A stretch of 64,000 nucleotides of DNA from Monocercomonoides exilis PA203. Lineage: Eukaryota; Protista; Preaxostyla. Position numbers and translations under genes: made by a program. Under the pieces are notes generated by a model. It searched no databases. It worked only from the letters and a program-made list of their open reading frames with translations, and was not told where the DNA came from. This document shows positions 22,841 through 37,570 of this stretch, in pieces (position 1 is the first letter of the stretch; each line of letters begins with the position of its first letter). The stretch covers positions 310,001-374,000 of the forward strand of contig LSRY02000050.1 of assembly GCA_001643675.2 (NCBI GenBank), given 5' to 3'.

Positions 22841-25800
22841 TCACTCATCTGCCAGTTCTTCTTCGTTTTCCTTCTTCCTCTTCTTCTTTTTCTTCTTTTT
22901 CTTCCTCTTCTTCTTTGAAGACTCCTCTTCCAAATCAGCTTCTTTCCCCTCACAAAAGCAATCTGATAGCTCCAATTCATTCAAATCAACAACTTCCATT
23001 CTTTCTTTCTCTTCTCCTTTTCTTTCTTCTGATATCCTGGTCCCATCTGAAGAAATTTCGCCTCTTTGTCCAATTTCTCTTGGATTTCTCTGCTTTTCCA
23101 AGCAATTTTCAGATGTTCCTTCATTTTCTGGCTTTGTATCTACAATTTGCTTTACGATTTCGGTTTTTTCTTTTGCTTTTGACTTGACTTTTGTTTTTGA
23201 TTTAGTTTTTGTCTTTCTTTTTGTTTTTGTTTTATCTTTACCATTTGCTTCGTTTATTGACGAACCAAAATTCTCTTCAGGATCATAAACGTTTGAATTA
23301 TCTATGCTATTCAGCAGATTTCCTTCATTCCTTTCATTTTTGCCATATTCTTCTTCCACAGCTGAATCTCTCCTGTCATCGCCCAAATTGCCTTCATTCT
23401 CTTTTTCCTTCATTTTGCTATCCAAAACTGCAAATTCCTTCACCACATCAAATTTTCCATTCATTTCTGCTTCTTTCATCAAATTTGCTTCGTCGATTTC
23501 AACAAACTCGTTTTGCTTTTGATTCAATTTCTTCCTTTTTTTCAATGAAATGACAACAATAACAACCACAATTGCCACCACAATCAGAACAACAAGAGGC
23601 ACAACAATAGCAATAATAATCGTCTTTGAATTACTATTTTTTGAATCTTCTGTATTATTCGGATTACTCGGGTTATTCGGATCTTCCACATCTGTTCCAT
23701 GTGAGCCATTTATATAGCCTGCTCTGTAAAACACAGGAAATCGCTGTGTTTCATACATCACATCTGAGCCAGGCTGTGCGGGGAAGATGATATAGCCTTG
23801 CAGAACTTGATCAAGTGGCTTAGTGTTATTGTACGAAGGGTCTTCAGAGGGCATTGTGGATATAAGTTGGGTGCCACTGGCATTATACATCGTGACTGGG
23901 TATTTGAAGTCCATATTCTGAACCTCATCGTGCAACGCCATGAAGATCTGGCAGCCGTAGAGATTGGATCCTTTGAAGTTCAATGTAAAGTTCCAGGGCT
24001 CCCCTTTCACTAAGCTGCCATTCACTGCTTCCACCACTGGTGTGTAGTACAGCGAGAGGAGCGATACTTCTTCATCAGCGTTGGAATTTCTGTTTTTAGA
24101 AGATAAAGACCGAACAGTTCCATCAGTACTTTCACTTGAATTTAACTTGGAGAACACTCTACGGCTGTTTGCTTTTTTCTGGGTCTGCTTCAAAAGAGGG
24201 TGATTTGCCTTGCATGGGACCTCAGCCAAGATCCACAATGAATCATTTGTCTTCAGCTCGTTCTCTCTCACTCCATTGAATTTTGTCCCTTCAAACGAAA
24301 GAGAAGTTTCTCCCACACAATGCACGTTGCGATACACTCCTCCTCTTGACGAGCTTTCTCTGTTGTTTGCAAATTCTCCATTTTTGATGAAAATTTCCTT
24401 TCCTTCCACGTCAAGTGCTCCTTGTGCCAGGCCATCAAACACACAGTCAATGATCTCTGCTTCCATTTGAGCATTCTTCAGACTTATAAGAGAAGCTGGC
24501 CATTCGCATTCTGATTGGACAGCATTAAATTGATGTTTTTGTGCTTTGTGAATCCAAAAGGGAAGAGAAAGTTGATTGGAAAAATGAGAATTCATCATTG
24601 AAGATGATATTTCTTCTGAAGAAAATTCTTTTTTCTCTTTCTCTTTTCCTTCTTTTTCTTCTTCCTCTTTTTCTTTTTCTTCTTTTTCTTCGTATATTTC
24701 GTTGTCATTAGCATTGGCTAAGTTACGACTGCTTATAAACGAATTATTCTTCATTGAAACCCTTTTCGATCGAATTTCAAACAGAGTCTTTGGATTTCTT
24801 GAATCAACTGGGAGGTTTGTAACTTTCGTATCTGTTATTGTCAGTTTTTCGCTATTTTCAGTTGCAAGAATAACAATATACTGAATGTTTGTATTTCCTG
24901 TGCTATTAACAAACTCCACATTGGAAAACGAAGCAGTTCCAGCATTGATTTTAAACAGCGCACCAAATTTGTTTGATCCCGTGCAAATGAACGTGAGATT
25001 TGCAACATCAATTGTTCTCTTGCTGATTATAAGAGGATCTTCCACTGTGCCTACAATTGGAGAGCTTGAAACAGAAATAAAAGACTTGCCTGTTATTTCA
25101 TTTGAATACAATTTTGTGCTGTTTATTTCCATTTGACCATTTAGATTGACAATAATAGAGCCACTTCGAATGAACAAAGTGTTGTACATATTTGTGTTTA
25201 ATCGAGTTGCAGCATAATCCAACGTTCGACACGGATATTTCTGACCGCCACAGAATTTGCCATCAATCGAATCTTCTGATCCAACTTCCACATCAGTCAA
25301 CACACTCATTGGTTTTGCTTCAAACAAAGGAATAAACCATTCTTTTGCAGGAGAAGTCTCAATGAAATGGCCAACCCATTCATCGGTTGATGAAGATATT
25401 CCAGAAGGCAAACTGCTTTTCTCCATCGAGGCAACCAAGTTAACATTCTCAAAAAAGAGATTTTTGCCTTTTGTAGCATCATTTGCATCCCATTGAACAT
25501 TGGAGTCCCAACTAATTGTTGGTATTGCAGTTTTTTCCGCAATTGAAAGATAAAATGCTCCTCCATAAACAGAATCACCATTATTATTTGCTTTTGTGGA
25601 GTGGCAGTTTTTAAAACTTCTTCCTTTCAGAATGAACTTCGATTCATGACCAAGATTCACACGCATAAATCCTCCATTTGATTGAGAAGTTGATGATTGT
25701 ACAATAACACCCTTAAGAGTTATGCTTCCTTCTTCTGCTATTTCGATTTCAAAAGGTGAATTTGCACTAGCAATTGTTGAATTGCTTTGAACTAATGAAG

Positions 25801-28800
25801 CTAAATTGCAATTTTCAAATAAAACTGTACTTTTTGCATTTAAATGAAGAATTGGATGGTCTTTTGCTTCCATTCCAGATATTTGAAGGTTGTTTGCAGT
25901 AAATGAATCGAGATTCAAATCAAATAAAAGATAATTATGTATATTGTTTGCAGATGGAGATAAATATGTAATTGGTGTATCTGTCAATTTGAGTGAACCA
26001 GCTGTTGCCAAAAAGATAGAAGAATATCCAGCAGGTATGTTTCCTTCTGCCGGAATGGCCAAAATAACCAAATCAATTTGTGCTTCTCCACTTGTCTTGA
26101 TAAATGCCTTCTTTGATTGTTGGTTTGATGGGAAATTGAATGGATTTGATTGAGATTTTGTTGGATTTGATTGAAAAGAAGATTCAAATGAAGAACAAAA
26201 CTGTTCGCGAATACTAAATTCCAAAGTAATTGAAGGTGATGTTAGTCGTGAAGATGAAAAGAAAGAAGAAGATGAAGAAGAAGATGAAGAAGAAGATGAA
26301 GAAGAAGATGAAGAAGAAGATGAAGAAGAAGATGAAGAAGAAGATGAAGAAGAAGATGAAGAAGAAGATGAAGAAGAAGAAGATGAAGAAGAAGATGAAG
26401 AAGAAGATGAAGAAGAAGATGAAGAAGAAGAAGATGAAGAAGAAGATGAAGAAGAAGACGATGAAGGCCACTCAAAATCTTTATCTCCAGCAATCACAAA
26501 CTGATTGTCTTCGAAATCAACCCCTTCTCCAAACACAATTGAAGAAGAAGAAGATGATGATGATGATGAACTATCAGCATTCAAAAATACAATTTGTTTG
26601 TAGAATCGCACATTTTCCATTGCTCGATGAACAGTAAAACAAGGAGAATTTTTATCATATCCACAATATATATCATCTTCTGAGCTTGAAGAAGAAACAT
26701 ATGTCTTCCATGAAACAAGTTTTGGAATAAGATTTTGATTATACCCATTTTTATCCTCCAAAATAACATCATTGCTTCCAAAACTGCCTTTATTCCTCAC
26801 ATTTACCACTCCCTGAAGCGTTACTGGCCATTTATCATAATCATAATTGCTGTTTTTCAGATACAAATAATTCCCCCTTTCAGCTTTGCATTCGTCAAAG
26901 CTCAGTCTTAAAAGCTGCACAAGTGTTTTATCCCAATCAGAAACATCTGCTTCTAAATAAATTGCTCCTCCTTTTCCAAAAGGAACCGAATTCCCTTCGG
27001 TATGAAACGAAGCACAATCAAAAAAATTGCAGTTATGAATCATTACAGTTGTGGGTGAATTTTGCAGATTTCCTGATTCATCTATAGCTTCTTGTGCTTC
27101 TATATGAATAGCTCCTCCTTCTCCTCCAACGCCAATTGAATGGCAGGATGAGAAATTGCTGTTTGTTATCTTCACAATTGATTGTTTTGGAAGAGGAAGA
27201 GAGAAAACCGAGCCTGAGCAAGGCTGATCTGTCTTTAGAACTGTAATTTCATTGAATTCTGAATTGTCCACAATCAATGAAAATATTTCATCAGCATTGG
27301 AATTCACAGAAATTGAAGGGGAAAGTTCCAAAATGAATGAAGAACGATACAATCTTTTCTTATTTGTGGGGATAACAGCAGTAGAATCAGCTTCATTCCC
27401 ATCAAAAACGCAATCTTTGATAGAAACTGTTGCTTTTTGGGAGTTTGTTCCTCTTCCTTTCCACAAAACATAAACAGCTCCTCCAACGCAAGAATCGCCG
27501 CCAGCGCAAACGCAATCAATAAACTTGCAATTTTCTAGAGTAAAATAAGAAGTTCCATACAAAGTGCAGGCTAAACAAGCGCCTATTGATTCGGCATTGG
27601 AAACTCCAGAAGAAGAAGGTCCTGAGAATGAGTGAGAAGGAGATTTTACTGAAACACAGTGGCAATGAATGAAATTCGTGTTTGAAATAGAAACAGAATT
27701 TATGACAATGTCATCATCTTGCTGAAGATAAATAGCTCCTCCAAGCTTTTTCAGGTATATGTCTGTTGATCCGCTTTGTTGCGTGACATAGCAATTTTCA
27801 AAGGAACAAGAAGAAACAGAAAGAGAAGATTTATCCTTCATTTTTGCATAAACAGCCCCTCCTTCTGAATCAGAAGCAAGGCAAAAACAATTCTTGAATC
27901 TTGCATTAGAGAGAGAAAGAGAAGAACCTGATGGAACTTCGACATACACAGCGCCTCCTATTGCTTGTGTGTTTAAATGAGGGCCTTTCGAAACATAGCA
28001 GTTTGTATAAGTTCCACCAATGCTCATTGAATAGCTGGAAGAAGAAGTTGCATAATCTTCAATATAAAATGTTCCTCCTTTCAATGAAGTAATTCCATTT
28101 GCCTCTTCTTCATCACCAAAGATAGAAGAAGAAGAAATTGAAATTCTTCCATAGCTGTTTTGAATGATATGAGCAATAGCTCCTTCGCATTTGGGGCAAT
28201 TAATCCGTTTGAATGTGCCGCCAAGGGAAATTTGGGAAGAACCAGAAGTTCGAATGATTTTAAGCAAAGAATTAGGATTGGAATAAATAAAAGAAACGTT
28301 TGTGAATTTAATTCCATCCAAAGAAAGCGTATTTTTTGTGGAAAAAGAGCATAATTCTGCTTGGTTAAGCAAAATATTGCTCGCGATGAATGTTTTAACA
28401 GTTGAGGGCTTTGATAGTGTTGCATCAAAAATACGATAAGACAAAGAAGAAGAAGAAGGATCAGAGAAGGTTATTTTAACATTCGAAACGGATAAAGAAG
28501 AAACAGAACTGTCTTCAATCAAAATCAAAGTGGAAGCATCACCCAATGAATTTGGTATTGCAAAAAGCAAGTTTTTGAACTCTGTTGAATTCGAGCAAGT
28601 CAAATAAGCAGTTGGAATTGATGATGATAAAGAAAAGACGATTCCATCGGTCAACTCTCCTTCAGAATAACTTTCATCTGATATCTGCATCCCTTGAAAA
28701 CTCACAGCAACTTCTCCAATGTATTCCATTTGGTTAATATTCGCCATTTTGTCAATAAAAATGCTCTTTCCTAGAAAAGAGCCCGAACGAAGCACTTTTG

Positions 28801-31800
28801 TTATTGTTTTGCAGGCCTCAGATGCAACAAGCCCGCATTCGTGTCCATTTCTGTTATTATCATTTCCAGTGCTGCTAACAAATTGCTTCTTATTCTTCAA
28901 ATGGGGAGATAAATCATAAGTAGTTGTCAAACTGCCTGAAGTTCCATATGCATATGTATCATCATCTATCGCCATTATTTCAGTGAAATTGCCTTTATTG
29001 AACTGGAAATGGCGAATAACGCTGGGAATATCGCTTCCTTCAAAGAAAATATGTTTCCCTCTCCTTGTGAAAGTAGTTCCGCTTTTATTTGTGGAGCAAT
29101 CAGTGAACGAAAGGTTCTCGAATGTGATCGTATCGTATGCCAATGTTGATGGATTAGTCTTCATCACAGCATAAATTGCCCCTCCTTTCACATAACTGTC
29201 CATTGAAGAAGAACTAGTTGATGTTGCATAGCAATTCGTAAATGCCAAGTTTTTCAATAAAATTTTCGCCTCAGGCGGAGCTGTCACATAAATAGCACCT
29301 CCCAAAGGATAAACATTGTTGGATACATAACTTGATGAAGGAGTGCATTTGCTGTTAGTAAAGGAGCAACCAATAATGGAGACAACTTGATCATTGTCAG
29401 CTTCAGCATTTGGAAATTGTGAATTTTTCATTGAAATTTCTTCAAAGTTTGAAGAAATTTCATAATTTTCTTTGTTTTTTGCTCTTTTCAATAAACTTTG
29501 GCTTTCCGTTTCCTTCCATTCAACATAAATACAACCACCTTGAACTGCACTTATGGCTTCATTCGCTTCATTTCCTCCAAAATTAACCTCACTTATATAA
29601 AGTGAGCTTTTATCCTTCAGAACAATATTATAACATGCTCCTTTGCCATATGTTGTCTTCACTCCTTTGCATGTTCCTCCAGTGATTGTCATCTTTCCAT
29701 TGAATTTTGCTCCATCTGAAGAAATAAATGGAATAACTTCATAGCGAAAGGGGGAAGTTGGGTTTGAGTTATGTGTGTGAGTCAGTGAGTTAATGTTGCA
29801 GCCAGTAATAGTAATCAAATTCGATGCAATATTCAAATAAGACTCGAAATATGTTGATGAAGACGTTGAACCTGATATTGCTTTGACTTCCACATTATTC
29901 ATCACAAATTCTCCATCTGTCTTTCGAAACCCGTTTCTTATTTTCGAGCTGCTGTATGTAGTTGGATTGAAAGCAATGGTTATTGATTTGAACTCAACTT
30001 TTCCTCCTGTCGAGGTTATAAAAGAATCACAAAATTGATCGGAATTGAAAAACAAAGAAAATGCTTCATCAAATTCTGTTTGAGCCACTTCATTTGCTTG
30101 TTTTCTTGTGGCCGGTGCTTCGCTAAGTGCAAATTGTACCTCGGCCGTTCCTGAAGAAGGCGCTCGGAGCGTCCATGAAGTGTCGCCCGTGCTAGCAGCA
30201 TAATCGCAATAAACTGTCCCACTCACTTCAACATCGTGTGTCTTCCAATTGCATTGTTTAAGAGCCATTCCTAATGATTTGCATGGAGTGCCTGACGAGC
30301 CATAATGCCCGCATCCAACTTCATCCACACCTAATTCACTAACATAATCTACTTTATTCCCTGCACAAACAGTCAAAAGATTGATTGATGGGCCAGAAGG
30401 TGAACCACACATGTAGAGATTATCGTATGTGTCAGGCCGACCGAGTTCAGTGTCCAAAAACACATCAGCAAAATGATAGTAGCTCAAAGCAATCGAACTT
30501 GTGTTCTGAATAAATAGCTTTTTCCCTTCGCTTCCTTTGCAGTTGCTATCAAATTGTACTTTTTCAAATTTCACGTGATTTTCATTGCAATCCATGCTCA
30601 CATAAACACCTCCGCCAATTCCTGTACCAGAAAGGCTGCTTTCCTCGCTTTCTGATTTCGGAACACGATTCACCACTCCACAATGGCTGAATGAGCTGCT
30701 ACGCACAATAAACACAGCTTCTTCTCCTTCTATTTTCATTCCTATTGCTCCTCCCGTCCCCTTTGCTGGAATAGCCGTCCAACAGCCATTGAATGAGCAT
30801 CCAGTTATGCTCAATTTATCTCCTGCTTCGATTTGCCCTGATTGTTCATCTGAGATTGTTTTCGTATTTAAAACTCCAGAAATACATGAAGATCGCTTTA
30901 ATTCTCCTTCTTGTCCAGAAGTGGCATGAATTGTGCTAACATTATTAAAATTCGAATCTTTAACCCATATTTGAGCTGCGCAGTTTTCTTTAGCTTTGCA
31001 ACTTATAATTGACTCACCAGAAAACGAGAGGTCAGTAAATAGACATTTTTCTATGCACAAATCACCTCTTGTGACAAGAAAAACAGGAGATTTATTCGAT
31101 TTTTCTGGTTCCATTTCAGAATTTGCCATAAGTTTGCATTGAAAAACGTTTATAACTCCTTTTTGTTCTGTGTTGATCTCAAAAAGAGCATTAAATGCCT
31201 CAGAATTCGGCTGATGCATGAAATTTATGTATTTAACAGAAATAATTCCCTTTAGAATGAAAGTAGCTGGCACATTCATTGGATTAGCTGGATTTGCTGA
31301 TCCTTTCAGAGTCAAAGAGGAAGAAGCGGAAATTGTGGCTGTTGGTTCAATAAATGAAGATGTTTGAGTTGGTTCAGCTGGAGTGGGTCCAGTTAGAAGA
31401 AGAGATCTTTCTGAGTGTTTTGGAATAAAGGGGAGAAAAAAGAAAAAAATCAAATTAAAAAAAAAAAAAAGATTATGGATTGAAAAGAAAAAGAAAATTT
31501 ATAAAAATATAATTGTTCACAGTAAAATAAATAATACAATAAAGAAATAATAATAAAAATAAAAGAAATAAATAAATAAACTCATTAACACAGACCCCAA
31601 AGATGGAACTTAGCTTTATAATTTCCTTTCATCAAATAGATCGTTTCCATTGTTTCCGATGGATTATTTGCTGCTGTTTCAAAAAGATGGCAATTGATTC
31701 TGGCCTGATAAAGGCATTTAGTTTCATTTGACAAGTCAATTTCGTTGTTTTCTTTGCTTCGATGCGAAGAAAAGGAAGATGAAGAAGTTGCACTTTCAAC

Positions 31801-33471
31801 AAAAATTTCTTTTTTTGCTGTGGCATCTTGCATAATTCCAGTAAGTTCTTGCTGGTTAATACATACCCGGGGTTCGACAGAAGTTGACGCACAGTTTTTT
31901 AATGGATGGCTTGAAGAATTGAAGCTTGATGAAACAATAAGAGTATCTGTTCCTTTGAGGCCTGATATTGAATTCACTTTGTTGATCATAAACAAACAGA
32001 ATGAGATTTCTGTTTCATCAGCATTAAAGGCATTGCAGGTTGACTGAATTGTCGACGATGAAAAAGAAGAAGAAGCTGAGTATGTTCGAGAAACTTCCAC
32101 AATTTTAATACCTCCAGTCTCTGCTAATGCAACACACTCAGAAAACAGACAAAACTTAATTTTCATTGCCCCATCAAAGCAAGGAACAGACAAAGTGCTT
32201 CCCTTATTGCTACTTTGTGAATTGCATTTGTGAAACCAGCAATTTATAATTTCGCTTTGTCCAATTGAAACAAAAACACCACTTGCTTCTGTGTTCTGTG
32301 AAATTCCTTCAATGAAATGGCATCTGCTAATTTTTATCTGCTTTCCCTCGGAACAAATACAGCCTCCTAATCCACTTGATAGACAATTTCGAAAGACGCA
32401 GTCCTCAATCATCGTTTCGCTCGTTTTCATCCAGACAGCACCACCTCGTCCAACATTGCTTCCAACTTCACTGGAAATACAAGAAACATTCTCAAACAGA
32501 GTGTGCTTCAAAAGTAATTCCGCTGCTTCGCTTTCAGAAACGTAAAGTGCCCCATCATTCACGTTTGAAGTTGTGGAAATGTTGACGAAATCGCAATTTT
32601 CGAAGGAAAGAGAATTTTTTATTCCTGTTTTTTCTTGTCTTTGGCCGTATGATGCTCTGCTTCGTGTAAAAGTGGTGTTTTGCACGTAAAACTTGTCATA
32701 TAAACATTTGTCAGACACGATAGAACCGAAGAAGTTTCCTTCAGTTGATTCGAAAATGCATCCGATGATTGATGTTCTGCATAATGTGCTTGTAGGTTTG
32801 TTATTGTGTTGCTTTGAAAGGTTATTTAATTTGGAAGAAGAAGAAAAGGAAATATTCGACAAATGCGCATTTGTTAGCAACACTCTTGATGTGAGTTCAT
32901 CACCAAAAAATGGATTACTATTGAAAATACAAAAGTCCTTAAAGTAACTTGTGTCTACAGATAATAACGAGTCCGATTGTGTTGACTTCATCAAAGATCC
33001 AAATACAACATTTTTCGAAGTGAAAGAATGAATTGAGAAATTCGAAATTAAAACTTTTCCTCCATCAACAGAAAACAGAAACGAAGGAAATTTTTCGGTA
33101 GAAATAGTAGAAACGCTTGAAAGAACAATTTTGGATGTTGAATCGCAATTTACATATGGCTTTGAAGATGTTAGAATTATGTTTATCAGTTCACAGGTCA
33201 ATGTTGAATTTTTAAGACTCATCGAAGAAAATGAATTCGTAACTGGATTAACAAATGTCTGACGAAAGGTTGTTTTAAGTTCTTCATATCTATTTTGCTC
33301 GTTAATACCTTGTCTGAAAGTTTCATGCGATTCTGAATAGATTTTTTGCACCGTTCTGTTGGAAATTTTATTATCAAAAAAGAAGTTAAGCAAAGCAAAA
33401 ACATTTTCACTTCCATTTTGTAATTGACCGTGTGATAACAGAATGCATATAATCAACAATATAATGGACAT
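22841..33471 (-). CDS. Giant (~3481 aa) type-I membrane surface protein with Pmp-like GGA[IV]Y beta-helix repeats; 2 exons (33471-31596, 31410-22841)
   Basis: Signal peptide MSIILLIICILLSHG. A phase-1 GT-AG intron 31595-31411 (AT-rich, with pyrimidine tract) fuses the 628-aa and 2870-aa ORFs in frame. Many GGAIY/GGAVY motifs, repeated YVS...CG...PC.T modules, a long poly-Ser tract, and the TM helix IIIAIVVPLVVLIVVAIVVVIVVI followed by KKRKK. Confidence 0.85.
26265..26465. repeat. (GAAGAAGAAGAT)n microsatellite encoding a ~65-residue poly-Ser linker
   Basis: Directly visible, in frame in the giant ORF. Confidence 0.9.
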
Positions 33472-33980
33472 TCGTTTTTAAAATCGAGAAAAATCAACAA
33501 AATAAAAATTGTAATTAATTAAATATGGGAAAAATAAATGCAAAATTGGGTTATGTCAAAAAAATTTGAGGAAGTTAAAAATCAAAAAATGTTTGTTTAA
33601 TAAATTATGAAGAGATCAATTTTGTGTCCTGTCAAGAAGAAATGCGAAATGCGATGTTAATAAAAACGTTAAAAAAGGCCAGTTGATGTGAAAGCTTCAA
33701 ATTGAAGCAGAGAAATAAATACTACCTTAAAAACACACATTTTCTAAAAGATGGTGATCTTTTTGAAAAGAATAACAATTTCATGATAAAATTAAAAAAA
33801 AAAAAAGATAAAAAAAAATTCTTTTTTAATTTAAACTTATTAGATATTAAAGGAAGAGAAGAAGAAGAAGAGAGAAAAGATGAAAAAAAAAAGAGAGAGA
33901 ATGAAGAAAGAAGAAAAAGAAGAAAGCGAAGAAAGAGAAGAAGAAAAGAAAGAAGGAAAGAAAGAAGATTAAAAACAAAA

Positions 33981-34954
33981 TTAATTGAATTGAGAAGGAG
34001 AAGAAGGAAAAACGATGCAACTTTTCGACAAATTCATAGGAACATTCCAAATTTGAGAGGAATTTGAACATTTCATTGAAAAATCATTTGTTTTTGGAGA
34101 AGAAGAAGAAGAAGAATTTTGAAGAGAAGAAGGAAAAGAAGAAAGAGAAGGAGAAGAAAGAGAAAGAGAAAGAGGAGGAGAAGGAGAAGGAGAAGAAGAA
34201 GAAAAAGAAGAAAGAGAAGAAGAAGAAGAAGAAGAAGAATTAATTTTTCTTTCTTCTTTTTCTTTTTCTTTCATTTTCATTTTCATTTTCTCCAAAATTC
34301 TTTTTTCAGAAGGAAAACCAAAATCAAAAGAAGAAGAAAGCAAAATTTTCTCTTCTTCTTTTCTTTCTCTTTCTCTTTCTCTTCTTCTTCTTCTCTCTTT
34401 CATTTCAATTTGTTTCTTCAACATTCTCATTTCTTCTTCTTTCTCTCTTCTTCTTTTGATTTCTTCTTCTTCTTCTTCTTTTTCCTCTTCTTCTTTTAAT
34501 TTTTGCTTCAAAATTTCATCTTCTTCTTTTTTCTTTCTTTTTTCTTCGTTTTCTCTCATTTTCTTCTCTTTTATTTGCGTTTCAAGTGATTTTTTGAGCA
34601 AAAATTGAGAATTATTAAGAGAAGAAGAAGAAGAAGAAGAAGAAGAAGAAGAAAGAGGAAGAGAAGAAGAAAGAGAAGAAGAAAATATTGGATACTGAGA
34701 AAGAAAGAAAGAAAGAAAAAGAGAAAAAAATATAAAAAAAGAAAGATAAAGAAATATCAAAAGAAACAAAATTAAAAAAATAAATTTGTTGAATCAAAAA
34801 AAAAAAAGATAACATTTCATTCAAAAATTCTTTTTCTTCCTAAAAAAATCAAAATAAATAAAATATATAAAATATTGTTCATCATATGATAAAATCACTT
34901 ATTTCTCCTTTATTTCTCTCTCTTTCTCTCTCTTTCTCTTTCTCTCTCTTTCTC

Positions 34955-34991
<37 letters not shown>

Positions 34992-35031
34992 TTCTCTCTC
35001 TTTCTCTCTCTCTTTCTCTCTTTCTCTTTCT

Positions 35032-35094
<63 letters not shown>

Positions 35095-36492
35095 TCTCTC
35101 TTTCTCTCTTTCTCTTTCTTCTCCTTCTTCTTCTCTCTCTCTCTCTATCTCTCCTCATTCATTCATTCATCCATTCATTCATCCATTCATTCATCAACAC
35201 ATACCTCAGTTGCTTCAAATGAATCTTCCATCTTCTTTTCCAATTCTTTTCTCTTCCTCTTCATCTCTATTTGCTTCTCTAATTCCTTCTTTAATTCCAA
35301 TTTCTTCTTTTTTTCTCTCTCTTCTTCTTCTCTTCTTCTTCTTCTTTCTCTCTCTTCCATCTTCAAAATTCGTTTTTTTATCAAATTTTGCTCCTTTTTT
35401 TGGTTTTTCTTCTTTTCTTTTTCTTCTTTCTTCCTTTTGATAAATAAATTTTTCATTGTTTCATTCATTTCTTCTAATTCTTCTTCAAATTCTTCTTCTT
35501 CTTCTTCTTCTCTTTCTTCTTCTTCTGTTAAAATATAATCATCAAAATCATCATCATCATCTTCTTCTTCTTCTTTGTTTTCTCTTCTTTCTCTTTCTCC
35601 TTCTCTTTCTCTTTCTCTCTCTTCTCCAATCACAATTGATGTAGCTGAATATTCATTTGCCTCTTTCTTCTCTTTCTCTCTCTTTTCTCTCTGTTCTTTT
35701 GCTTGTTTCTGCAAATCTCTTAAATGTTCCTTCATTTTCTAAAAATAAAATAAAATAAAATAAAATAAAATAAAATAAAATAAAATAAAATATATAAATA
35801 CATAAATACATAAATAAATAAGTATTTAAAATTATAAATTAAAATAAATATCAAAATATTCAAAAAAGTATAAAACAAGTAAAAACAAATGAAATATTCA
35901 TTTAATTTAAAAAAAGAAAGAAAGAATCATGAAAATAATTGTCATAATACAAAATGAATGAATAAATAAGAAACAAATAAAAAACAAAAATATTAACAAT
36001 AATAAAATGTTATATTTTTGTTTCATATTTCACATATTACACATATTTCATTTCATTTATTAATAAAATAGTATTTTCATGTATTAATAATTGTAAAAAA
36101 AGGTCATTATGATCTATTTCTTAACTTCACACTTTTTCTTTGAGATATTCTTCTTCAAATTGTTGCTCTTGTAATTTCTTCTGCATAAAACATTGCTCTC
36201 TCTCTATTTCCTGCTTTTCTCTTTCTCTTTCTTGTCTTTTTATTTCTTTCTTTGCTTCCAAAGTTTGCTTCATTTCGTTAAGTTGCTCCCGTTTTCGTTC
36301 AGCATCTTCCATTTTTGCTATCTTTTCATAAAGAAGATCTTGCTCTCTTCGTTTCTGAAGATAAGTCCTTTGCTTTTCCCTTTCTTTGCAGGATTCTTTA
36401 AATTTAATTTTCATCACATTGTCATTGGTGCAATTCTCCCTCCGAAATTCTGATGAATCTTGTGATAAAATACTTAAAAAAAGCATCTTCAA
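33981..36492 (-). CDS. Multi-exon Glu/Lys/Arg-rich coiled-coil protein of unknown function (approximate exons 36492-36133, 35738-35205, 34694-33981)
   Basis: Three charged ORFs on the same strand, joined by phase-0 compatible GT/AG sites (AAA|GTGTGA...TAG|AAAATG; GAG|GTATGT...CAG|TATCCA). The start and possible micro-exons are uncertain. Confidence 0.5.
34915..35150. repeat. Intronic (CT)n/(CTTT) microsatellite
   Basis: Directly visible. Confidence 0.9.
35741..35790. repeat. Intronic (AAAAT)n microsatellite
   Basis: Directly visible. Confidence 0.9.
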
Positions 36493-37570
36493 ATTCAGTT
36501 GTATGCCAAACCACTAAAGTCATTTTGAAGTTCGTCGCCGTTTGAAAAATGTGAATATTTCAAATTAATAACTGTTGAAATGGGAGAATCTAAAAAAGAC
36601 TTTAATGTAATCGTTTAAAAATTCGAATATCAAGAGTAAACTATGTTTGCAAGACTTATTAATAAATTTTTTAATATTCAATTAAAAAAGACAAATATGA
36701 AATTTATAAATCATATTTTTTATGAAAAACAAGTAAATTCACACTTGAGCTTCAACAATGTTTGAAGATATCTTTTTTGATGGCTAGTTGCAATAATTGG
36801 AAAAAATCCTAATAAAATCGCAAACTATTTCTTTAATATAAAAATCATACAGATAGAATAATGGAAGATCGTGTATTTGAAACAATATAGCGTGAAGGTG
36901 GGCTAGATGGTATTGAAATATCATAAAAACTAATTTAATGCATGTTACAATTCAAAGCACATTCAAAATTCACCCTTTTTATACCTCAGTAAATCAAAAT
37001 CGTTCATAATAAAAAATGAATAATAAAATTATGTATTGAATAATCAATTTTGATCAGTGTTCTATAATTGGTTAGCAACTTTTGAAAAATCAATTTGAAT
37101 ATGATATTAATGAATTATTCCTGTGAGTCAATTGAAGAAATTTGTCTAAGCCTGTCTGACCTGACAAAATTTTTTTGTGTCAGTGACAAATTGACGGACG
37201 AGTCAATTTGACGTGTCATTTCCCATATTATTTTTAAAAACATTTCCCTTCCAATTATTAAAAACAAAATGGAATGTTTAATGAAATACATACTATGATT
37301 AACTGAATTGAAAAAAATTTTTGACAAATTTTGATCAAATTTGTCACAAAGTGTCAGTTGCGGAAATATAATTGATAATTATATATTAATCAACTTTCTT
37401 TTCCGTCTCAATGGCTGTTGATCGTTCGTTATTCATAAATGAGCTTTCTTTTTGTATTTAATTATTATTTTTATTTATAGTTTTTTTATTCATGTATTGA
37501 GAGCAATGAATTCAAAATAGATATTCATCAAAAGTGTTTATGAACTATCTGAGGCAGAAGATCAATACGA

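Noticed and set aside
22498-33558. GGGTTATGTCA on both sides of the giant gene
   Set aside because: 11-bp match with no further similarity. Cannot be distinguished from chance or a common motif.
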